NCBI GenBank assembly: GCA_052327205.1
Contig: CM126224.1
Location: 17,112,001-17,176,000 of the forward strand
Reading direction: 5' to 3'
Length of the DNA: 64,000 bases
From: Somniosus microcephalus
Taxonomy: Eukaryota
The notes beneath the pieces are model-generated. The model did not search any database and was not told where the DNA came from. It saw only the letters and a list, made by a program, of their open reading frames with translations. The translations under genes and the position numbers were made by a program. Of this stretch, positions 11,245 through 24,900 are shown in pieces (the first letter of the stretch is position 1; the number at the start of each line of letters is the position of its first letter).

Positions 11245-14200
11245 AAAAAAGCAACGATAATTGTTAAACTTTAATGCTTTCCAGCTCTGGACTATATATA
11301 ACTTCTTCTGCAACAATTTTCAGTGTCAGTCCACTTTTTACTGACCAAAGGTAATGTGAATACGATGATGGGTGGATCAGAGAATGGTTGGCAACTTTAA
11401 TTGAAGCTACATCTTTTTAGGTAACAGTTTTGAAGTATGCTACTCTTGTCTCTCAAAGCTAAAGGATAGAATTAAGTTACAGAATATAACCATGGCAGCC
11501 TATTAGAATAAATAGCAGTTGTTCCTAAACAATTGTACAGTAGCATCCGTTAATTTTAATGACAGAGAGCGGCCTCTGTGTTGAGAAGTCTTTTTGAGAA
11601 TTTCTGCTGTATTGTAGAACTATAAAGTGTTAATGAATAGGAGGGAGTCAAGAAAAAGGCATTCTGAATAGTATGATACTCCATGTGCCACAATAACATT
11701 TTTTATAAATCATTAAGTCCTGTTTTATTAAAAATTTAAAATATGTTTGCCAGTGAAAGTTGCCATGGAAACAAAGCCCTCTCTGGTTGGATTTGTGAGT
11801 TCCAAGCATCTCTGCTAAGACAGTTTTCTGCTATCAGGAAATTGCATTCCAGGTTGGTTAGGAGTGCGGTGACAGTTTAACACCTTTTTACAGCTATTTA
11901 TTATTTTATATACCACATATTTCATCCTTTGATGATGGGCATTTCTTGCAGAATGTACCAAAGAATCTTGGATGTGTATTTGTAGCTACTGTTCATTATT
12001 ACTGGGCATTTTTAGACTGACTAAACACAGAAATAGTAACTATAGGAGGGCTATTGAAGCATGTTTGTGTAAAGTAATTTAAGTAGTAAGAATCCAAGGT
12101 TCAAATGAGTAAAATACTCTAGTCCTCATCAGAAGAAATTAAAAGGCTGGTGGGTGAGTTTTAAAAAGTCCTTGCAGAAAAGTCAGCAAAAATGTTTTTT
12201 ATTGACTATTTGCATAGGTGTCCTCATTTTCATTTGAGGAATTTTGCAATAATTGGAGATGACTGTTCTGCCATAGGCTAGTGTCTGAGGTGGGGTCAGA
12301 AGCAATATTTTCCTCTCTTGATTCTAAAGTGCAGACCATAGCTTTATCTTGGTGATTACTTCTTCACTGAGGAAAATATACTCCTGTTTCCTAAAGGCAT
12401 TAGGTAAGAATTTAAAAAAACCTTAACTGACATCTCAATGTGGGCTGTTTTAACAATTACAATTCAGCCCGGGCTTCCAGTTTCTGACATCTCATTAATG
12501 GATAGTGTGGTGGTGAGTTTGCTGAGGCAGCGAGACACCAAGTGATTGTGAAATTTAAAAAAAAACTGTTTCAATGAATAATTGAGGATAATGGGTCTTA
12601 CCTTCCCAGGAAAGTATAAAAAAAATCACTGATTAAGGCCACTGATTTCACAGTAGAATAGAATATGATCACCAAAGTACTGGCTAAAAATCCTGTGATC
12701 CCAGGTAATAAGGACAGAATCTGACTTTGTCACTAAACCAGTGAGTCTAATTAGAAACAGGCAATGCAAAAGTTGGAATCTTGTCATAAAAAGGAGTTTG
12801 ACTTCTTCAGTCACTGTAACTGTCCTATGATTGTTGTAATAAATAGTCAGCAGGCAACTTGATTGGCAGTTTCACAGAAGGGGAGTCTTTCAGTCATTAT
12901 TTGTAACCTATTGTTGGGACTATTATTTAATCCAAACCATTGTACATCTGCTTTTTTCTTTGTGATAGTTTGTTTTTAAAAAGCTGAAAATGTTGTGATG
13001 TGGTTCCTGATTTGAGGTCTTAACAAATCAGCACATTGACAGGGCTCTGGGCACAGATCGTTGATCTATAGAACTCATTCAACTGCTGTAAATTGAAAAA
13101 GTTACTCCACTACATTTTAAATGTTGCTCATTGCCTGTGCTCTTTCCAGATTGTCTTTTGGTTTCCATTCAGATTTAATTACTGGACTTTTTCCTGAGGA
13201 AAGTAAATTTACTGCCTGATTTTACTTCATGTGCACCAGTACTTGAAATCAATGCTAGGTTTGGTGCACCACTTAAGTGTCAGAATTTTTTATTTTCTAC
13301 TGCCACAAAGTTTTGGTACATGTGTGGGATGTTGAGCGGAACTGGTGCTCGTGAGATGATGGCAACAATTCATCCCTCTAGCATTTCCAGAGCTTATGCT
13401 GTTTTCCCATTCATTGTCTAAGGCTGGGAAAAATAACTTGCAGGCAGAAATCTATGGGTTACATGGAGAAACTATCTTGCACTTCAAAAAAAAAAAAACT
13501 TCCTTACTTTTCTGCCTCCACCATCTTCACACTGCATTCTCGGCTTGGAAATGTTTAATAGTTGCTTTTAGTGAACCTCTATTAATATTGTACTTTAATT
13601 AGTATGACTGTGCTCTCCTCCCTGCCCCAATTGTGACTGGGATTAAAGTTTGTCTCACTTCAATAAGAGTCCAGTGGTGTAAAGTTTTAATTGTAGGGAT
13701 GCATGCAAATAGCTGCCATTTCATTTGAGGATTGAAGGACCACCTAAGAGAAACACTTTTCCTAAAATTATATTCCAAAGGATCCTGTTGGGATTAAATA
13801 TCATGTATGTATGTATTAGGGACTTAAAGACCAAATTCATTTTGGCTTTTTTTAATCAAGTACATTCCTGATAAACATGCATATGTGTTTTAATTTTACA
13901 ATAGGGAGGGGGGGGGGGGGGGGGGATGGAAAAGTTATGGCAATTAATCACGTAAAGAGCAGTAGAAAGTTTCAGCAACTATCCAGATTTGATTTGACCC
14001 TTTCAGGGTGAAAAGTATTGTTAAATTGTTTTTGTTATTCTTGTCTGATTTTATCAAAGAATTTTGTCTTCAATGATTTTATGGTGATATTTTCATTTTT
14101 CTAAAAAAGATGACTTTATGCAAGGTAAAATGACTATCCTATTAAGAAATAGTAAAAGTTTGGAACAATAGCAAAAATACTACTGTATAATTTAAAATAT

Positions 14201-14691
14201 GACAACAACATCATCATCAATGGGGAATGTTGGTCTGAACTGAGCTTAATTAAAAATATAAAAGACTAATTTATTGACCATGTTCATGCTGTTTGTCACT
14301 ACTGGAGAGCAGAGTACCACAGCCCTTTTGGATAACTGCACATAATTCTTCCAGTTTGTAAATACTTTTTTAAACCTAAGTAATGCCCTTATTCCAGAAT
14401 TTGTTTTTGTTTGACTGATATTGAGGAATAGAAACACTTTATTCCTGTGTACTCAGCTTGGTCTGGTTACCTGTAAATACCTAAGTGCCTAGGTTTCACA
14501 GCTACCATATTTAACAACTACTAAAAGATTTAGCATGTATGTATTGTATGCTGGGGGCAAGTCCTCCTCACCATGTTTTTTTCTTGTCAGAATAGAAATT
14601 GAGATAATGGAGTATTTTTTTTTTTTAACAAGTCTTTTTCATTACAGTTTAAAGTTTTTCCAAATGTGTGAATTCTTGTTAAATATTCCTG

Positions 14692-14697
14692 AATAAA
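14692..14697 (+). terminator. Candidate distal NUP188 poly(A) signal (other AATAAA at 11507 and 12838)
   Basis: AATAAA followed by T/GT-rich sequence at the end of a repeat-poor, AT-rich UTR-like block; a degenerate LINE starts soon after. Confidence 0.4.
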
Positions 14698-14869
14698 ATG
14701 TTGTGGATAAACATGTTCATTTATTGTATCATTAGCAAAAATGTTTTGAAGATAGTGCTTTAATTTTTTTTATATATGTTGACTTTTCTCTGGTGGGAGT
14801 TCAATATTTGATTTATGATTGCTGGCTCCCTTCAGACAGCTCAGCTAATACAAGTGGAATATATTTGTG

Positions 14870-15500
14870 AATTTTTAGTTTTAGTTCTCAACTGTTACTG
14901 GCCTATGCTTCACACGAGCCTATCCTATTCCTTTTGCCCTCATGCTCATCTCGCTTCTCCTTTTAAATGCATCTACTCTACGAATGTGGGACACACTACA
15001 AGTAGTGTTGAAGCGAAAAGAAGTTCCTCCTGAATTCCCTATTGGATTTATTTATGGCCTCCAGGTTTGGATTCTCCACATCTACCCTATTAAGTCATCC
15101 CCCCTCAGCTTTCTCTTTTCTAGAGAAAAAGAGCCTCAGCCTTTTAAGTATAGCCACAGTTCTGGTATCATCCTTGTGAATCTTTTCTTCACCTTCTGCA
15201 GTGCCCCTAGAACTGCTCTTACTCTTTTCTTTCTATTACATCTTTGAGTAAGGATTCCATTATCTTTCCCTGGACTTGTTCTTGCTGTCTTTTTAAATTA
15301 GGATGAATAAACTGGCTGCCAGTCCTCTGACACTATATTCCCTTTTTTATATATACACACGTGTAATAGTGCCTCAACGAGCTCTTCTCTCACTTTTAAT
15401 ATGTATAGATGCAATCCATCTGGACCAGGCTTGATTAGTTTAACAAGTATTCTCTTTCCCCCCCCCCCCCCCTCTTTGTCATCTTCACCTTGCAATATCT
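14870..15500 (-). mobile_element. Degenerate CR1 LINE fragments between the two 3' UTRs
   Basis: Remnant peptides PGPDGLH..LK and EDW; reverse-complement CR1 3' motifs. Confidence 0.55.
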
Positions 15501-16275
15501 CTAGTAAATACAGAGGCAACTAATTTAATTTGTCATTTCAGTCATTACCTGTAAGTTTATCTTCATGCCTCTATCCTGATTTTTCTTGTTATATTTACAT
15601 GGCTATAGCATACCTTTTTTTTTTAAATATTCCTTGATTTAATGTCATTGTGCCTCTTTCTAATTGTTTTTATCACTTTCCTATCTGTCCTTTGTCTGTG
15701 TAATTAGTGTATGTGTCTCATTATTGGCTACTCAAGAAAAATGATGGGTGAAAATGTAGTATACATTGCCACCAGAAATAAAGTTGAAACTGATATATAT
15801 TTGGCAATGCACATTTTAAAAAACAATTAGAATCCTATAAGAATGAATTTCAGTACTGTATAAGTGCATTTACTTAGTTTGAATCATGAGAAAGGAAGAG
15901 TGTCTTTTGCTCCATATTAAAATATCTCCTATATCCAATTCTCTGGTACTAGTTACTACTGAATATTTTTGTTCTAAATATACAGAAGCAGACTAGAAAT
16001 TTTGTAAAAGTATATAATGCTGCTTTGGCAGAAATTACAAGGGGGGGGGGTGTAACAAGCAGAGCTGAGTTTGTGACAGGCCAGCAGAAAATTGAGCCCA
16101 ATGCTTATGCATCCTGACCCAAGTGACAACTAACAACAATGGCATCCAATGCTGGGGTTTTTTCAGGATACAACTCTGCACTTGTGTGAAATGAAGAGGC
16201 ACCAGGTTCCCACTGAATTTGATTGTCTCTTTAATCTGCAGTCTGCTGCATGCACTGTAAACATGAATGTTAGCC

Positions 16276-16290
16276 TTTATTTTTTTTATT
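16276..16290 (-). terminator. Candidate distal RAPGEF1 poly(A) signals (tandem AATAAA on - strand)
   Basis: TTTATT at 16276-16281 and 16285-16290; alternatives at 16875, 18658 and 20877. Confidence 0.4.
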
Positions 16291-19254
16291 TTTTTTAAAG
16301 TTACACATTTGAAATGGTTGCAGGAACATGACATTTTATAATATACAAGTAATACTCAAGCGAAGATGAGGCCGGCATCGGCTGTGGCTCTGGGAGAATT
16401 TCTTCAAAAAGTTAGGGCATTTTGACAACTTCAAGCATCCAGGGTAAAAGCACTAATTTTATAAATTCTTTTGAGCAATTAGTACAACACAATGTGATTG
16501 AGTTTAGACCCATCTCCTCATCAATCAGACTTTCTCACTGATTACTTGTATTATTTGCATCATAACAGTTAACCAGTCCAGTCCAGTTTAATTTAACTAG
16601 GACCCACATCTAGAGTCATCAGTCTGTGGTCATTAATTAATGGTTTGGGAAATACCATTTACTTAATCCCCAAGTCTGCTGGTTGGTTATTATTAGATAT
16701 ATATTCATAATTATACACAATCTTTTAAGTGGAATTCTAACTGCAGAATGTTTAAAGTGACCTACTCCTTTGTCTCACCCTGTAGCTGGTGCAAGTTCCA
16801 CACCACAAATCATAAAGTAAGGTGCTTTGGTAAGATCTATGTTTTAACAATTACAATGCAGCCCTGTGCTCACTTTTATTCAAAACTAAAAGAAAAAATA
16901 AATCAGAAGAAATGGTTCTTCAGGGGTTACTTTTTATATAAAATGTTGAAGTATATACAAAAGATGCTGTATTGATTGTGAAAAGATAATATTTAGCTAA
17001 CAAAAAGAAAACTCTTATTCAAATTGGTTCAAATATGTAACAGAATAAAGTTAAGTGGACATGTTTCTAGGCTGTTGAGAATTCTAGTGAATCAGCACAA
17101 ACTCAAATGGTTACAATTTCAGATTAAACATGCATTTTGCTTTTTAGTAGAACATTTTCCAAATTGAAAGCCCAACTTACTGTTGCATCCTATTTAAAAA
17201 GATGTATTCTACACACCCCTCATGCAGCCATACTTTCTTCAACAATTTGCATTCATTTTACTCTGTTCTCCCATTTTTTAAATCTCGCCAGGAGAACAAT
17301 GCATAAAAATCACAATTGCCATCTCCAATGTTACTCCATAATTGGCCAATGAACACATAACTCAAGGGGAGCAAGATGGTCTACCTTAGTTTGCCTCTTC
17401 TCTAAAAGGCACTTCAGTTGTGAAATTTCAGCTTTAGACAGAAGTGATCAACAGATAACCACTAAGCCAAAACCCAGACACTTGAGAAGTCAAACAATCA
17501 ACTGATTATGCTGATTTCTTAGACAATGTTTTAAAAACAATAGCTGTTTGAATTTTATAGTAACCATGATCAGTCTCAGCAAGCTCATTCCTATGAAGAA
17601 CATGAGTCTGTCTGCCAAAAAGACATTCCATTCAACTGGAGTTTAAAAGACATAATTGCCTCTAAGCAAGTTAACACCATTCTGTGCTCAAAAATTCTTA
17701 CAGCCCTTAACATTCAAGTAACTTGGCAATTTTTAACACTGGTAAAGTGTCTTACTTATTGTAAATTTCAGGCTATTGTTTAAGGGCTGATGGTCAGTTG
17801 AAATAGAATTGAGTTAGTTCCACACTGGGCCACTAGAATTAAATAAATAAATATCTGGTCATAAGCACAATTCACTCAAGATACAGAGCAATCTGGATCA
17901 TGAACATTCTTGTTATTCAAGGTTGCTCAATGATGGAGGCCCAGTAAGGGTGAAAACAGAAATACTATACATTTTTAACCACTACTAATACTGAAAAAAA
18001 ACTCCAAATGTTCATGCAACGTGACAGAACTCAAACAGTCAGATGTCTGCAGTTCCTTTAATTCAGGAAACTACAATACCATTTCTGGATACTTTTCCAT
18101 AGGAAATACTTTTACGTGGCTGGACAGAAGAAAATTAAAAAGAAAGCAGATGGAGTTTGTTGCCTGGTTATTCAGAGTGGAGAAGCAGAATTGAAACCTC
18201 TATCTCAGCTATCATTTGAACTCTGCTCAACAGGACAGCTTCATTAGTTCCAAAGCTACAAAATGAAGCACTTTGTACACCATCTCATTGGAAAGGAGAA
18301 ACTGGGAGGATTTGTCCCTCCAATGCTAATCTGCTATGATCAGAGTGCAACACTGACAACAGCCCTAAAACAATGGGTCCACGACAACCCTGCACTCGGC
18401 CTCAAATGGGTGGGGGTTTGGGAGAAAGAGTAGGAAAACGGGGCTCAACAAAAATCATGGATCTAAATTCAAGGATGTTCCTAACCAAGTCAGATCTGAG
18501 TTGATGCACCATTTTACAACTGAAACACACCAGGGCAGCAGAGTATCCAATGCAGGATATTAGACTGGAGATAGTGCATTTCCATTGGTCTTTTAACTTG
18601 AAAGATTTATCTTGTAAATCAAACACTAGAGGCACAATCATGCAACATCGCATTCGGTTTATTGTATGGGCACACAAGATTAAAATAATTTCATGATGTT
18701 ACCAAGCAGTAAATACCATAAAGTGATTTACTGGTACGTGAAGTTTTCGCCAATGTGAATGCTCACTGTGGGACAGTCAAACATCAACAAGGGCCCTAGA
18801 TTAAAACAGTGCATGTGTGCAGCTCCTGCAAAATCAAAACTGCCAATTTGAGGGTACAGCTGAGGGTCCCATAACTTGAGACACAGTATAAAGAGGTTAT
18901 TGGTCTAGAGTCTTGCAGTTTTACAGCTGGTTCATCAGTGTTATTAACATGGAATATTGACAATACCATATGGGAAAGTACCTTGTTCTATACACTATTG
19001 TGCTGGGGATCCATGACTGAGGCTGGAGAATCTTTAGGGCAAAGGTTAAGGTCATTTCTGAGCAGATCACTAGATAAACAGATGTCTTGTCAGACAGTGG
19101 GAAAATCTGGTGGCTAAGAAACAAATGTCAATCTTAAAATGACCAAATTTCAATGGCAAGGGTGGCAAATCTAAGATATCCAACAACCAGTTTGTCAAAT
19201 AGTGATTAGATCATCACACTGTTAAGAAAATCAGTTTTGATCTCGATTACACCA

Positions 19255-19760
19255 GGAGTGAAAGTTAGAGCTCAGCTAGTGAAAGTCATCAGACTTGCTG
19301 ATGACAAAGTCTTGGTAGCAAGTAGTTGTTGGCATATAGCTTGAATGCTGCAGCACTGAATTATGAAATGTAAATCAATGTGGACAAGGCCAATGTTATG
19401 AAGGTTTCTAGGAATGCAGGTGAGCATTTTAATAAATGGGGAACAGTTGGATCAGGAGAGATCATTTAAATATCTGGGCAATATAATGAACGAAAGGTGG
19501 AGAGAGCTAGAATTACAATGGGAAAAGTTAGAATAGTTAATAGAAGGAAGAGGATATTGATCAGACAACTGAAAAAAAAAAATGAAAAGATGAGCGACAA
19601 TGAAAGTAAAAAGACCAAGAGGGAGTAAATGAAGGATGGTTCTGAACCACCTGAAAAAATGGGAGATCGTGTGAAGAATTGATGAGAAGCAGCACAGGAC
19701 AGATTGGTTTGGAGATGGGAGAATTGAGCCCGAACCTGCCGAGGTGATGGTTAAAAATAT
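19255..19760 (+). mobile_element. Highly decayed RTE-like LINE reverse-transcriptase fragment
   Basis: GVKVRAQLVKVIRLADDKVLVASS, INVDKANVMKVSR and SFKYLGNIM motifs in RT order. Confidence 0.6.
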
Positions 19761-22700
19761 GGTACAAGACAGATTGACATTATCTGATGCAATGTTCTCT
19801 CATTCTAACTTCACACTGGCCTCCATAGTACAATTTCTGATAACCAAGTATTTGGGGATTCAGCACAGATCTGCTATTTGCTATAGCTGCTACTTCTCAT
19901 GGTTGCAGATGACCATCTCAAAAGAACAACACAATCTGCTAACACATGATTTTCAATAGAAAGTCCAGTGAAACACTAAACTTCCAATTCCTGCTGGTCT
20001 AGGATCAGTACTTCTACAGAATTTATTTTAGGCTTAAGGATGCTCTGCGGACCTAGAAGCAAGTTCAATACCAGAAACCAATTCTCCATTTCATGCTATC
20101 AGTTTAACCTGCAGGCCAGGAAACACAAAGCCAATAAGCTATTTCACTGGATATTTCATAGATTAATTTAGCTAAATCAGCAAACCAAATCTGGTTTCTG
20201 GAAATCTTGCCAATTGTTTGAATTCAGACTTCAAATGTCCAGATATTAGTTTCAGCACAGATAGGTTATTGAGTCGAGTATAAAGAAACATGCAATCTAA
20301 TTGAAACCTTACCCAAAATTTAATTCCGTGCCCATCTTATGTCAGTCACAATGTGTTTTTCTAAAGTTATGGGATACACACCATCAATAATCTGGCAATT
20401 GTGAAATGCTTTTCCTGGAAATAGAACTTTGTCCCATCTGTAATCCACTTCCAAGTATAAAACTGTCCAAATGTCTTATTTTGATAGCCTGAAACAAAAC
20501 AACTTTAAAACAATATTAAGTTACCCCTGCTAGCTCAAATTAAAACTGTAACTGACCGAGGCCAAGATATAGCTACTTTGAACAACTTGGGGCATATTTT
20601 GCTCTGTTCACAAATGTTAAGAGTTAATTTGATTTACACTCATACCAACTGTTTCCACTAACACGAACAGAGGATAAAGCACCTCTTATTTGACAATCCG
20701 CTGTGGGAAAGCGTTAGCTTTTATCCAGGCACCAGTTATCGTAACCAACCTCTTTTTGATCCACAATTGGTTTTAAAAATGTCAGTCATAAACCAATTAG
20801 TTTGCCATCGTTTGGTAAAGAAACCAAGCCCTGAATTCAGAATTAATACAAATCGAGGTCAAACTTGCTTACTCTGTTTATTTTAGCCTGTTGCAGGTGA
20901 GCATGTAGAGTGGAAGAAAACCCTTTGGGTCAGCACTCAGAAGTAAAGCTCACATACAAGGTGATCTCCTTTTTCACTTAAAGCAAGAGAAAATAGTGAT
21001 ACGAGTTGTCATCACACCAATCTGGATGTGTTTCAATACCAAAAACGTTATTTCCTTCCACAACATGCTTTCCCAATTCTGAACAGGTTAGTGGGCACAA
21101 TCTGCTGGCGCAACCAAACTGCTATTGCGTGTGTCATCCTCCTAGCAGTGAGGACAGGCCCTACGTGCGTCTAATGTTAATGCAGAGCAAACAGCAAATG
21201 TAGACCAAGATTTGAAGTATCTGAAGCTCTCAGACTGGATTTAACCCCTTCACCAGGTCAGTGTTTATAAAAAGAAAGTTCTTTCTGTACCAAATTCAGT
21301 ATTTGTTTTTATAATTCATTATCTGACTTAAAATCTTATGAAATTAACTGCACTCACTATGCTAAATTTGAAATTTCTTAAACAAGTGAGACAATAGAGT
21401 GGTAATAATCAAAATAAATTTGGTGCCATTTAGGGACCAGATATTTTAAACGTGTTTGTGTGTTTATACAACACTCATTCATCAAATATACCCATGGCTT
21501 GCTCCATCTTGCAAACTAAACCATCTGCTAGAGAACAGGGACTGCAGTGAAAATGGTGCTGAATGATAGAGGCCCAGTTAAAACACCTCCCTCTAGGAAA
21601 ACCAAGAATATTATGTTTGACAATATATTTCAGAACATCCACGTACATTTATCAACTATATTGTGTTTCAGCATTATTCCAAGTCTGTGCTGGTGAAAGG
21701 GTTAAAACTAATAATGCCGATTGCTTAAACCTATACAATAATTTAAGAGTCGGCATGGTGACATTGAAAAAAACCAACAAGGACTTCTGCATTTTGGGGT
21801 TTTATAATATGTGCACGTGTATGTATTTCCTTACCTGGACTCACATGTGCTGCATCATTATTGAGGGTTACTTTTTATTCCCCAAAATACAGGAAGGAAA
21901 CATTTCTTTTCAGGTTCAACAAATGATTGTTGTCAACTAATCAAACATGGTGTCAGATTCCCTTTCTAGATGTGCAGACCTAGACAACATTAATAACCTG
22001 GATGTGTGCCTAACAACCTAAAGCAGCAAGGATAGCACTCTACCCAGCAGCATCTATTTTCCACGAGTTAATATGAAGACGACCTTGCAAATAGAGGTGA
22101 ATTCACTGACTACTTGAACAGTCAAACACAGCAGACAACCCTACTGCTTTGAAGAGTTAATTTGTACAGAAACCTCCAGTCTCAACTACAGAACTTTCCC
22201 CCGTTATTGAAAATGTTCAACTGCAGCTCAACTCCCAACAGTAAACAAAAAAAGAGACAGTCCTTAAAAAACACTTTGCTTAACATTTTCAAACTCCATA
22301 ATGCAGAGTCCATGCACAAAATGTACAAACGCATGTGTTGCGCCTTTTGTGAGTCTGCTAATTGAGGACATTGAACAATCGTTAGGAGCCATCCCAGCCC
22401 TTTCAGTACCAGCCTGGCTAAAACACTTCTCTCTGTCTCTTATGTACAATTAGTTTGTTTTTCATAACAAATCCTCAATTACTGGCATTCAGTCATACTC
22501 ATGCAAAAAAAAAAATCCAGTACAGCACATCAAACTAGCAATCTAGTATTTACAATGAGCCAGTCTTTCTCCTACAGTACATAATTATATTTTAAGGTTT
22601 CCTGTGCAATTGCTAGTACCGCTATTTGTTATTCTATAAACAGAAGTCCACGATCAGTGAGTGAACTGTCGTACCTTTGTACCTAACAAGGTCAAAACAG

Positions 22701-23014
22701 TCTCCAAAGCAGAGTCTATGTGCAGACCATATCGGGTCTGCTAGTTAAAGTGAGCTGTATGAATGGGTCCAACAGAGGACACTTAAAACAGCTTGGCACG
22801 GATGGTAGGAAAGGAAATTGAATGCAGGCAATGGCATAAAACTTGGAACGTTTCCCTAGAGTGGTGCCACCTGTTCTGCGTCCTTGTTTAAAAACAAAGC
22901 TCCTAAGGTGAAGCACCTTGGCATGAACTGGCTTCTGCAGCTCAGTTAAGTAAAGGAAGTCACTTAATGGGGTTCATTAGCTGCCATCTACGGGTTAGCC
23001 TTCACGGTTGAATC

Positions 23015-23165
23015 CTAGGTTTTCTCATCGCGCTCTGTTTTCCGTCGCTGAATGTTGCGTGGTTTGATTTTTAATGACAGTTCCCACAGCGCTTCCTCTG
23101 CAAGGTGGTCGCCGAAATCATTGAAGAACGTAACAATGTCGTCGATGCGCTTTAGTTCATAATGA
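23015..23165 (-). CDS. RAPGEF1: Rap guanine nucleotide exchange factor 1 (C3G), terminal coding exon
   Basis: ttttcAG|T CAT...; HYELKRIDDIVTFFNDFGDHLAEEALWELSLKIKPRNIQRRKTERDEKT then TAG; matches the recalled C3G C-terminus. Confidence 0.96.
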
Positions 23166-23687
23166 CTGAAAAGAGAAGAAAAGAAAGCTATTTTCACTGT
23201 CAAAATCTTAATTGTGTTACGCATGGGGGGGGGGGGGGGGGCAGAGAGAGGGAAAGGAAAGACTGACGTAAAGACTGAAGGCACCCTACAAAGAGAAGTC
23301 ACACACGCAATGCTACACATGTCGAGATCTTTATCTTAGCTATGCGGTCAGGGAGATTATGGAATGCAAATAAACCATCTTTCCCTTAGGAAGGGAAGGA
23401 AAGTCACTCCAGCCTGCTATGCACCTCCCAGCAACCAGTTAAAAGTTCAGCTTGATGAAGCACTTGGAGAAAGCAGTTTTCTTGGCCTCTTGGGAATCCC
23501 AGTACTTAAAAAGTCAAATTCTAAAAATTGCATTATGCTACCTTGGCAACAGTGGATCTAAACTAGCAATGATTATGCAGCTTAGCGTGGATCCATGATC
23601 ACCAGTTTGCTTCATACCCATCTATCTCTTCAGAGTGAAGTATGTTTTTGTGGAAATTCAGTAGTCTTCGGGCTCATGAATACTTAC

Positions 23688-23816
23688 ATTTGCTGGAAGC
23701 GTCGCATACTGTCCAAGATATTAAACTGCTGCCATCGTTTAGAAAAGTTGATTTTTCCATCAATTAGATCTGGGTTGCCAAGGTGCACAAAGGTCAAGTC
23801 CTGTAGAATGAGGCCC
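23688..23816 (-). CDS. RAPGEF1: RAPGEF1 coding exon (CDC25 domain)
   Basis: AG/GT bounded, 129 nt, phase 2/2; GLILQDLTFVHLGNPDLIDGKINFSKRWQQFNILDSMRRFQQ. Confidence 0.96.
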
Positions 23817-24671
23817 CTAGAGAAATAAGAGGGGTAAAGATCAAAATGTTTTCTGCAAGCTATCTGCACATGGAGTGTGACTTCAGGCTAAGAAACAGAA
23901 CATGAAATAAATTCTTAGTACAGTTTACAATATGCTTGCAGATGACATTGGTGCCATTCCATGTTTTGCCACGTCTGCAGCGCATAACAAACTTGGATAA
24001 TACATTTTTTGATCACGTTAACCAACCCCAAGTTAGATGGGGTTACTACTTTCTATTCTCACTAACAAGAGTTACCTTGAGGCAAGATGCAATTTTAATC
24101 CCCTCTTGGTGGTCACTGGGATAAAAAGGTTGCTGCCAAGCACATGACCAATAGTTAGCACTGACCCAATCAGAAAGCTAACAGAAACCCAGTGAGTTAG
24201 TCATTCTTGGATGCATATTTATAGATACACACAAACAAAAACAAGGGCATGTTGATCTCCAGTGACGGTGCACACAGGGAGTCGAGGTCAAGTACAGTCT
24301 TCAGGTGAAGCGGGGTTAGCGGTCAGAGGATAACTGTTTGACGAGAACATGCAGACTTAATTCAGTCCCCATTTCGGTCATACATTTTCACCTCATTTAT
24401 ATATTTTCAATATAAATTCCTATGTCCATATTTATAACAAAAACTGTCTATGTAATCTTAAAACACTAATTATACTCTCTTGCTAGCAGTAGTGTAGTTT
24501 CCATTATAAATGTGGACATAGAAATGTATAATGAAAAAAGTTGACAGTGCAAAATAAAGGAATTTTAATATGGATATCCCTTGATGTTGCTTATATGTCA
24601 GATGATATGCTGTTCTACAATGACAGGTGTGTTGTATCATTTAATGCACAATGTATTATTTTACAAGGTGA

Positions 24672-24900
24672 TAGCCTTGGCTCAGTGGTTGCATTCTCAC
24701 CCGAGTCGGAAGGTCGGGGGTTCAAGTCCCACTCCAGAGACTTGAGCACATAACCTAAGTTGTCACTTCTTCAGTGCAGCACTGAGGGAGTGCAGCATTG
24801 TTGGCGGTACCATCTTTCGGATGAGAGGTTAAACCGAGGCCCCATCTGCCCGCTCAGGTAGACACAGAAGATCCCATGACATTATTCAAAGAGGAGCCAG
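24672..24900 (+). mobile_element. Deu-domain SINE, 5' half
   Basis: A box and B box (GGTTCAAGTCCC); core TCTTTCGGATGAGAGGTTAAACCGAGGCCCC. Confidence 0.75.

Noticed and set aside
13905-13925. Poly-G/poly-C tracts here and near 2234, 15457, 23225, 38355, 39827 and 40031
   Set aside because: Scattered homopolymers with no shared flanking structure; their lengths may also be affected by sequencing error.
17406-17993. miRNA seed matches on - strand (miR-124-like at 17406; miR-200b/c-like at 17986)
   Set aside because: 7-8-mers are expected by chance in a multi-kb UTR; not supportable without conservation data.
24672-24745. tRNA gene
   Set aside because: The A/B boxes continue directly into the Deu SINE core; it is a SINE head and no clean cloverleaf is evident.
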